The notes under the pieces are model-generated. The model was given only the letters and a program-made list of their open reading frames with translations. It was not told where the DNA came from and ran no database searches. A stretch of 64,000 bases of DNA from Octopus vulgaris (lineage: Eukaryota), in contig OX597821.1 of NCBI GenBank assembly GCA_951406725.2, positions 63,488,001 to 63,552,000 on the forward strand, in the 5' to 3' direction. Made by a program: the position numbers and the translations under genes. Positions 55,062 to 64,000 of the stretch are shown in pieces. Position 1 is the stretch's first letter; the number at the start of each line of letters is the position of its first letter.

Positions 55062-55440
55062 CTTTGTTGTCTAGCCAACGCAGATAATATGATTAAGTGA
55101 AATAACCTGATTACATCAAATGCTGTCCACTGCTTTCATGCGGTTTTCTTCAAAGACACATCCACTGCAAGACGAATTCAATTTGTGCTACATATTATGA
55201 GTTAGCCTATATTAGTAGAATTTTGGCGTCTTAACATCTTATTTCAAGTATATTAAGAAGTAATTGAATATTTTAATGTCCCTATATTACATTTGTAATA
55301 TTACACCTAAAGTGCGCATATGTGTGTAAATGTGTGCGCGCGCGTATGTCCTACTACAAAATAGAATGATTTGCTCAAGAACATATTTGATCGCATTAAT
55401 CTGAGTAGTGTTACATGATTTAAGCGTTGGCAGGAAATTA

Positions 55441-55588
55441 CTGTATTTTAACGTGTATAAGGAATCCGTTTTTGCCAAATATTTGGGACTTTCTTATACA
55501 TGGATATTATTATAATCCCTTACAAAACCATTTTTCAAAATTTGAAGCCCAAAATATTAGGGTGTTCCTTATACACGTTAAAATACGG
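55441..55588. mobile_element. 148-bp Tc2/pogo-like MITE
   Basis: TIRs ctgtattttaacgtgtataaggaa / ttccttatacacgttaaaatacgg, with TA on both sides. Confidence 0.85.
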
Positions 55589-58021
55589 TAAGTCTCTTAA
55601 CATGTACATGCGCTAGAGGGAGACATGTCGCTCCATATTGGAATATTGATGTCAAAACAGTTGATGTAGATGTTACCGATGATTTCACTTATCGTCCTAG
55701 CTAACAAAAAAACAACTACCTATTACTGTTTTTTCATATGTCTTTTAATTTCCAGCATCACAACTCGATGCATGTTTGAACTTATCATTTAAGTTACCAA
55801 CGCCTTTATGTATATCTCCCAGCACATTTTATTCTGCATTAAAAGTTACCATTGTAATATGTTATACATTGCTGGAACTAGTTGAAGTTTGGCCGACAGT
55901 ACCAGAGAACAACTATTAAATATTTATCTAATGTGGTGCTAAGCCATCGCTTATTCTTTCAAAATCCTTTGGCCGCTCTCACTGACACCTAAATAAAGAG
56001 AATATAAGAGAATCTACGAATGGCACTTTGATTGCAAAGCATATTTTCAAATAGGTACGTCCTTTCCCTATAACTTCAATCATCGCTTATTTCTAATCTC
56101 CACTTTAGACATACACATACGCACACTACTCGCTTCTCGCTCAACCGATTTACAGATGCCTATAGATGCGCTCTCTCATGCACTTTCATTCTGACTGACA
56201 CAAACACATACACGACAAACAATCCCTACTACGACTAATTCTTTGGGGTATCATGTTCCTAATTTATATCCACTATCTATATCAACTCTAACCAGACGCT
56301 GTACACGATCTTAGCCTTTTCTTCCTTCAACATCATGATTCATGTCCGAACCGACATGTAGACGTCTCTACACTTGGAAAAGGAGCTCAGCTCGAAAGAG
56401 TCATATCTCTTCTGCTTTTACAACAAAAAACGTACTAATAAATGCCACAGTATTATATAATGATATGTGGTGTGAGCTTTGCTTAATATTTCGAGAAAAG
56501 TTCAATAATATATCCATTTTTAATATAAAGTTGATGCTGGCACACAATATTAAGAAATGAATGTAATTGGTTTTCATTAATTTTAAGTATTGTTTCTTTT
56601 ATAACAAGCATGTATGTATCAGCTAAATTCTATGTGTTACTCAACTCATTCATATGCTACATGTTTGCAAATGCAAACGGTAATACAATGACAGCCACAT
56701 ATCCGTGAGGATCAGTGAACGACGTTTTGATGAAAAGTTTGCCGTTATTACAAATACTTTTATCGTTAAAGAAAACGAAATTTCAATAGAAAAATTCATA
56801 CAAGTCAGGTTCAGATTGTTTCTATACATAAGGAATTTTTCTTTCTGGACAGCCAATAACTACATGCTCAAAACCAAGATAAAGCTATATCATTGTCTAT
56901 GCATGCTCACGAATGTGTGTTTTCAACACTGAAACACTAGAAAGGCGAGAAAGTGAGAGATATACTTAGAGAAAATAAGGAAGAACTCAAAGAGAGAGGG
57001 AGAGAGAGATTGAGCAAAATAAAATGAAGTATGTTCCTTAATTCAATTTTGTCATGCAAATGGTATTAAAAATGCGTATTTGAATTTAGTTGCATTATTT
57101 TGTAAATCGTTTTTTTTTTTAATCTATTATCCCTGAATCAGGCTTCTTTCATGTTAAGTCTTTTGTCGGTTAGTATCAATCAATTCCGAACATGCTTCCG
57201 TGAACGGTTTCAATCGGGGAATTTCTTTATAACATCTAATTAAAATCCATAATAATGCAATTATTTGAAATCAGACACACCATCATTATAGAACAGTGGG
57301 GAATGCCTTCTCGTCACAAACATTAATAATGAATTTATGTTTCTAGACTTCAATTCTGATTTTGTTTTAATATCTCTCCACGAAGATAAGAAGCTCATTA
57401 ATATATCAATTTCATAGATCACTGATAGCATAGCTTTTTATTGCTGACTTACAATTTAGATATCGCCTTTCGTGAAATTAAATTCCGTTTTTGAAGCATA
57501 CGTATTAAACCTTATCTAACATTCGATTAACTGACTTATAATAATAAATTTTCAATTTTAGGAAAATGGTTTTTGTTTTAAAGGTTTCCGTAACCTACAT
57601 GAATAAATGATGCCTTAAAAAATTAATGAAGTCCGAGAATTATAGTTAGAGGAAAATATTGCCTTCTAACATTTATGGAATTTGCTAAGGATATTAAAAT
57701 CGCTAAAAGACGTCATGACATGTTTCTATGCGACATTATTTTATCTCATCAGAACATACAAGGTGGTGTTAACTATAAAATAAATCAACATAAATATTCT
57801 CTCACTTTCATCTTTCTCTCTCTTTCTGTCTTATTTTATTATCAAAAGATGCAACACAAAATTCTACATTTGAAACATTGATTAGAGAAAATTCTTTTTT
57901 TGAAAAATAAAATATTAATACGCAATTTCATTAAAATTCCTGATATGAGAGGGAAATGAAATTCGCTGTCGTTATTATTTTACTCAATGTTTTCATTTGA
58001 TCTGAGGAGAGGAGGCGGTGT

Positions 58022-58096
58022 GAAGAAGAATAAGAATAAGAACAAGAACAAGAACAAGAAGAATGAGGAGGAGGAGGAGGAGAAGTAGAAGAAGAA

Positions 58097-58161
<65 letters not shown>

Positions 58162-58209
58162 AGAGGAAGAAAAGAAGAAGAAGAAGAAGAAGAAGAAGAA
58201 GAAGAAGAA

Positions 58210-58241
<32 letters not shown>

Positions 58242-58248
58242 AGAAGCA

Positions 58249-58280
<32 letters not shown>

Positions 58281-58506
58281 AGAAGCAGAAGAAGAAGAAG
58301 AAGCAGAAGAAGAAGAAGAAGAAGAAGAAGAAGAAGAAGAAGAAGAAGAAGAAGAAGAAGAAGAAGAAGAAGAAGAAGCAGAAGAAGAAGAAGCAGAAGA
58401 AGAAGCAGAAGAAGAAGAAGAAGAAGAAGAAGAAGAAGAAGAAGAAGAAGAAGAAGAAGAAGAAGAAGAAGAAGAAGAAGAAGAAGAAGAAGAAGAAGAA
58501 GAAGAA
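58022..58506. repeat. ~485-bp (GAA)n polypurine tract
   Basis: Directly visible, with GAG/GCA interruptions. Confidence 0.97.
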
Positions 58507-59707
58507 TGAAACTGAAAATAGCTTGTTAGATAATACCAAGTCTCCGTGAGTTGCATTCTTTAAAAAAATCTTTGCCGTCTGACACGGTAACAGATCTATT
58601 TTCCTCTTTCCTGGGCTCTCAAATATTATGATGGAGGCAAGATTAAATAATGAGATGGCAAATCGCATCACTAATGCTTTCAAAGGAACACTAAGAATGA
58701 AAGGAAAAAGGAATAGGGTTTCTTAAGATGGGAGACATTGTATAAATACTTGGAACAGAAGTCCAGACGAAGGACTGATAGATTAAGCCTTGTCCCACAT
58801 AGAAAAAGCAAAAGTAAAACTTGATAAATGACTTAATTCATCCGATGGGAGTCACCATTTTTGCGTCTACAAAAGTTGGTTATTACGAAAATATAACTGA
58901 AGACATATCCTCATAGTATGAAATTATAGGATTTAAACGGAAACGATATGTTTAAAAACTCATTTACGATGCAATTCTGCTTGCCCCTGCAATACAAATG
59001 ACAAAACTTTTAACCACTACAACCTCATTCCCCGTTTTGTGCATAGACAGCCACCTGCATAAATTCGAACCCTGCATAAACTGCGATAATTTTACTAATG
59101 CGTGGATGAAAATTTTGTCGGCTAAGACCTACACTAAAATAACATATAGAAAGCAACACTACCTTCCCATGTGATTGTTGTTTCCTTTACACATTATATA
59201 TTAATGAGGTTGGTATATGATTTGATATAATAGATTTACCTTTTGTGACACGTATATTGTATTTCTCTATCGAAGTTTTTATAGATGTCCTTTTGCAATT
59301 TTGTGGCTTTATTTTATTGAGGGTGTAATTATAAACATGCGTTGGTATATATTGTATAAGTTTTTTTGAACTGTGACATACTTAAATATTAACTCAAACA
59401 CACTTGAAAAGAGAATGATTGATTAGCCGCCCGTTGCTTTGCTATTAATACGTTAACTATGTGTATGCATGCGTGTATAAATGTAGATACACGTTTATGC
59501 TCTCCATCATTTTTAAACATTTGAAGTCTTCCTCTAAGGAAGCAGCTGTTCTCTAATAAAGATATAAAACTGCAGGGGCGGTCATGTATATTTGTTAGGT
59601 TCTCACATGGTAATTATTAGGCGCATATTAAATGATTGATTTCTTTTTAGAAAATTCTAGCTTTACACAATTGTCACTTAGGTATTTACTGACTAAATCA
59701 ATTCCAC

Positions 59708-60738
59708 TGAGGAATTCCAACCACGTTTCGTGGTTCGCTACTTCAACAGCTCCTTTATAGGATCCAGTGAATAAAGATATCATCAGAAGGAGCCACGTCT
59801 GGTTTCGTTCCCTAATCTTCTACCATTTTCGACGTGGCGCCCACCCCCTTTCGGAGGTGTCTTCAGTTTTGGTGTTGAATGCCTTTCTTCTTTCATTCTT
59901 TTCATTTATTCTTTGGTTTCTTCGATGCAGCGTCAACGGATTAACCTCGTCGTCGAATTTCTTATAGCTCACTGCAACATTTGCCTTCAGCCACTTAATC
60001 TTTGGCTTCTTCACGCCTATCTCTTTTCTTGGTTGTTCAGTTTCAACAGTGGAATGACACTCGCTATGGTTTCTTTCCAGGAGGTTCTGGTCACACGTCT
60101 TCTGGTTTTTCAAGCCGCGACGTTGAACCACTTTCTTTTGATGCACCTTCCCTTGGTGAATTCTAAGCCCGATGTAACTAGAAAACACCTTTCAGCAGTA
60201 GCTGAATTCCTTATCTACCCTTCCTTTACTGCCTCCTTTCTAGTTGTCCATTTCGGGTCCGGGTCCATTCCTTTTTCTATTCCTGTTTGATCCTTTATTC
60301 TCTCCTCGTGCTCCGGGATCATGGGGGCATGGTTTATCATGTTTACTTATTGCAACTTTACCCCGGATCGGGAGGCAAGCCCGCTTAAGCCTTTTTGCAC
60401 GGTCGTACTGTCAAGCGTGTCTCCGCTTTGCCATCCCACTTTCTAGGTTGTCAGGAAGTCTTTCCTTACAGTCAGTATTTGAGGAATTACAACCACGTTT
60501 CGCGGTTCGCTACCTCAACAGCTGCTTTATAGGATCCAGTGGATAGAGACATCATCGGGAGGAACCATGTCCGGTTTCGACCCCTACTCTTCAACCGTTT
60601 TCGATGTGGCGCCCCCTTCCTTTTGGAGGTGTCTTCAGCTCTGGTGTTGTGGGCGTTTCTTCTTTCTCCTTTTTTCTTTTGTTCTTTGGTTTCTTCGATG
60701 CAGCGTCAACGAACCTACCTCGTCGTCGAATTTCTTAT
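59708..60738 (-). mobile_element. internally deleted HERO-like (REL non-LTR) element with a ~258-bp terminal direct repeat
   Basis: Minus strand SSYIGLRIHQGKVH (C2H2-type relic) and KIKWLKAN..YKKFDDEV, as in HERO N-termini recalled from memory. 59708-59965 repeats at 60480-60738. Confidence 0.6.
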
Positions 60739-61387
60739 GAACGAGAATTCATTATCCGCATACAATGTTCAGTCAAGCAATGGACCTATGGTTTCCTACA
60801 AACTATGCAAGTTGGTTCTCAGCTACGAGATTTGTCAATGATATAACGATCCAAGCTGTGTAAAAATCTGACCTACCTATGGTTCTTTCCAATTTGTATA
60901 ATAATAAAATTCTGCAGATTGCAGGGACAGATTTTAGGTGGTGGAAGAGGCAAAAAATAATCTGTTGCAAGGGCAAAGTGGCGGGTGTTATATGAGGAGA
61001 AAAAGGATGAGATATATTGGGTTACAGACCAGGACGTAATAACAGATAAAGGAACGAGTAGAAAAAAATCAGCGTGAATAACGATGGGAAAGAGTATCGC
61101 TTGGATAAACTGTCGAGGTCTAAATATAATAGTTGTGGGTTACAGAGGCTACATAGATGGAGGAATGGGGAATAAATAGATTTAGTGTGGATGCGGTGGA
61201 ATTAGGAAACGTAAAGATGTTAAATTTAGCAATAAGAACTGGATACGATTTGATTGATATTACCCAATGAAACTGTGGTTCAACATCACCGCAGACCAGT
61301 GACTGGAACGAGTAAAAGATAAAATATATGAAAGATACGATGCTATTTAACAACAAGGTACTCGGACACTGACATGAGTATGTAATT

Positions 61388-61620
<233 letters not shown>

Positions 61621-63067
61621 GTATACAATCCAGGGAAATCTCTCATGTCACAAATAAACATACATTATCTTTGACTGTGTTATGTCAAGAACTGGTAAAT
61701 AATTTTGTTGTTCTGCAAATCGACTAAGAAACCATACTTTATTCTTTTATCAATTTATTTCATTTTATTTTTATGCTAAATTAGCTGATGCAGATGGTTT
61801 CTACAATATTTCTTCCTTTAATTACTAATTCATCATGATGTTTATCCGTTATAAATACATGGTGTTTCCAATGTTTTTGCTGAAGTATATTCTAGCCAGA
61901 TGTAAGTTAGAGAGAGACTGAAAAACATCTTCATAAAACAATCAAATCCACACGAGTTCCACAGTTGTTTACACAAAATAAAATTACACAAATTATTTTC
62001 CTGGCGATGGCAAACATAAGTTCTTTCAAAATAATATTGAATTAGTCGTTGTAAATGACTGCCCAAATACCTTCAAATAAAACAACTGTTCATTAGAATG
62101 TTTTTTTCTATTCAAATTTAATATGTATTTTCTTTAATTCTCTGTCTTATTCAATCTTGAAGTGTACGCTTTCCTGATACTTAATAGATTATTATGCAAA
62201 TCTAATGTAGAGTGAAAAGCAGTACATGCTGAGTGAACATATGTTGCACAATATATGTTGTTGCTTAAATTTTGTTTTTGTTCATTTCTTCGTAAGGCCA
62301 TTGAAAAGTCTGTGCTTAGACTTCATGTGTTTAAGCATTAATAGAACTAGTACCTATGTAAACAAAGAGACATATGCATCTGTTCATAAAATCAGATCTG
62401 TATTTTAAATACACTGAAGCGTACGGACTTAAACAAAATATACTCACACATTAACATAGACACATTGCTCTCTCTTTTCTTTGTCTGTCTGTCTCTCTCT
62501 ATGTTTCTCTCTTACACACATACACATGTATTTATAGAGAAAATATATATACGTGCATACATGTATACTGACAAAGATACATACACACATATTTATAAAT
62601 ATATATATATATATATATTTATAAATAATGTGTATGATTAAGCTAATCTATGATTAAGTTATAGATTTTGTAAAATCTAATCATATTTGTCAAAAATAGT
62701 GGAGGTAAGACATTATAAATTTGTAAGAAGTTTCTTCATGCATGCGATCGTTTTATACATAGATACAAATTCATTTCTAAGATTTGAAAATATCAAAGTA
62801 CTCATCAGTACAGAACTTAAAAAAGAGCAAAGAAGTTGGATCTATGGGCTTCATGTCTATTTGTTCCTATCCCTGTGTAATAGTGATGGGCGTCATGTCA
62901 ATTATTAAACCGCAACTAACCGATGAACGGTTAGGGGATGATATGAATATATATACATACAACAATGCCTTTCATCTTTTAAAAACCTAATTTATCATAG
63001 AAATTGATATAATCGACTAAACTCCTCGCTTAAAATTGCTGGGTTGTACAAAAATATGAAATTAAAG

Positions 63068-63480
63068 TTGGCATCGGGCAGAGTCGTTAGCACGCCGGAC
63101 AAATTGCTCAGTAACATTACATTCGCTTTAAGATCTGGATTGAAATTCAGCCGAGTTCGATTTTACGTTTCATTTTTTCGGGCCCAGCTAAATAAGTACC
63201 ATTCGGGAATTGGAGTCGATGTAATCTACGACAACCTGCCCACCAATTTTTCAGTCCTTATGCCTATAGTAAAAAAGGAATATGGTTATTATTTTGGCAG
63301 TATACTCGGAGAATCTGAGAATGTTAGAGGGAATGACTTAAGGTTTTTGTCGTGGTTGTTTACGCTTTGTGTTCAAATCTCCTCACATTCAAATTTTTCA
63401 TTCGTATATCCGGGGTCGATGAAGTACAGTATTCATTATTGGGATCTATTCCAAATATAGAAATGATTACTGTTCTTGTT
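63068..63480 (+). mobile_element. two tandem degraded SINE B copies
   Basis: ggcagagtcgttagcacgccgg head, aataagtacc and cttatgcctatagt tail; second copy has gttcaaat and ggggtcgatgaagtac. Confidence 0.6.
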
Positions 63481-63511
63481 TATGTAAAGCACCCGTATTC
63501 GTGGCTTTCTA

Positions 63512-64000
63512 TTGGGTTTTCCGGAAAGTTCGTGACGATTTATAGTAGCTTACCTTTCGGCCTATTTCAGAACATGGTAGAGTCCATAAAATAGGATTTG
63601 ACTACACCTCCATTTAGAGAACAGTTTAAGCTATCTTTCCGTGGAAGAAGGTTTATGTTCCTATAACCTGTGTTAATTCTGTAACCTTTTAAAATGGAAG
63701 ATAAGAAAGTTCATTTTCGGCACTTGATGCTTTGTAAGCAGACAAAAATTGCTGCATATCGGCTGGGACGTGTTACCCCACACTCCATATTCACCAGATA
63801 TTGCTCCTTCGGATTTCTACTTATTGAGGTCTCTGCAGAATAGTCTTAATGATAAAAATTTCAATTCCTTGGATGACATAAAAAGATACCTTGATGAATT
63901 CTTTGCCATGAAACCACCTCAATTCTAGGAAGAGGGTATTTTCCAGTTAAGGGAAAGCTGGAGGCGCATTGTGCAACAAAATGGTTCATATTTGGTTGAT
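63512..64000 (+). mobile_element. internally deleted mariner, running off the window end
   Basis: TA|ttgggttttccggaaagttcg TIR-like start. MEDKKVHFRHLML (ATG 63694) is joined directly to RQKLLHIGWDVL..YSPDIAPSDFYLLRSLQN..NGSYLVD. Confidence 0.85.

Noticed and set aside
57931-58683. Long poly-F, poly-S and poly-E ORFs
   Set aside because: Frames of the (GAA)n tract.

Overview
AT-rich, microsatellite-dense eukaryotic (animal) non-coding DNA. The repeat repertoire suggests a coleoid cephalopod such as Octopus; this is an inference, not a database match. No complete host gene is visible, and nearly all listed ORFs are microsatellite or transposon artefacts. Only a weak pair of phase-compatible small exons (21-78, 10191-10249) hints at an intronic setting. 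Mobile elements dominate. DNA transposons: a full-length Chapaev3-type element, three mariners, a hAT relic, two TA-flanked MITEs and Helitron-like elements. Retroelements: at least three tRNA-type SINE families, two oppositely oriented stacks of (TAA)n-associated R4/Dong-type REL retrotransposons with a ~515-bp non-coding companion element, and a HERO-like 1.3-mer. Best observations: (i) the 5' 67 nt of U4 snRNA inserted antisense, tailless and with a target duplication inside a mariner transposase (10678-10744); (ii) minimal hammerhead-ribozyme motifs, a near-canonical one at 24311-24367 and CUGUUGA variants in both arms of a 526-bp palindrome at 52391-52916; (iii) several long foldbacks and inverted SINE pairs that could form dsRNA.
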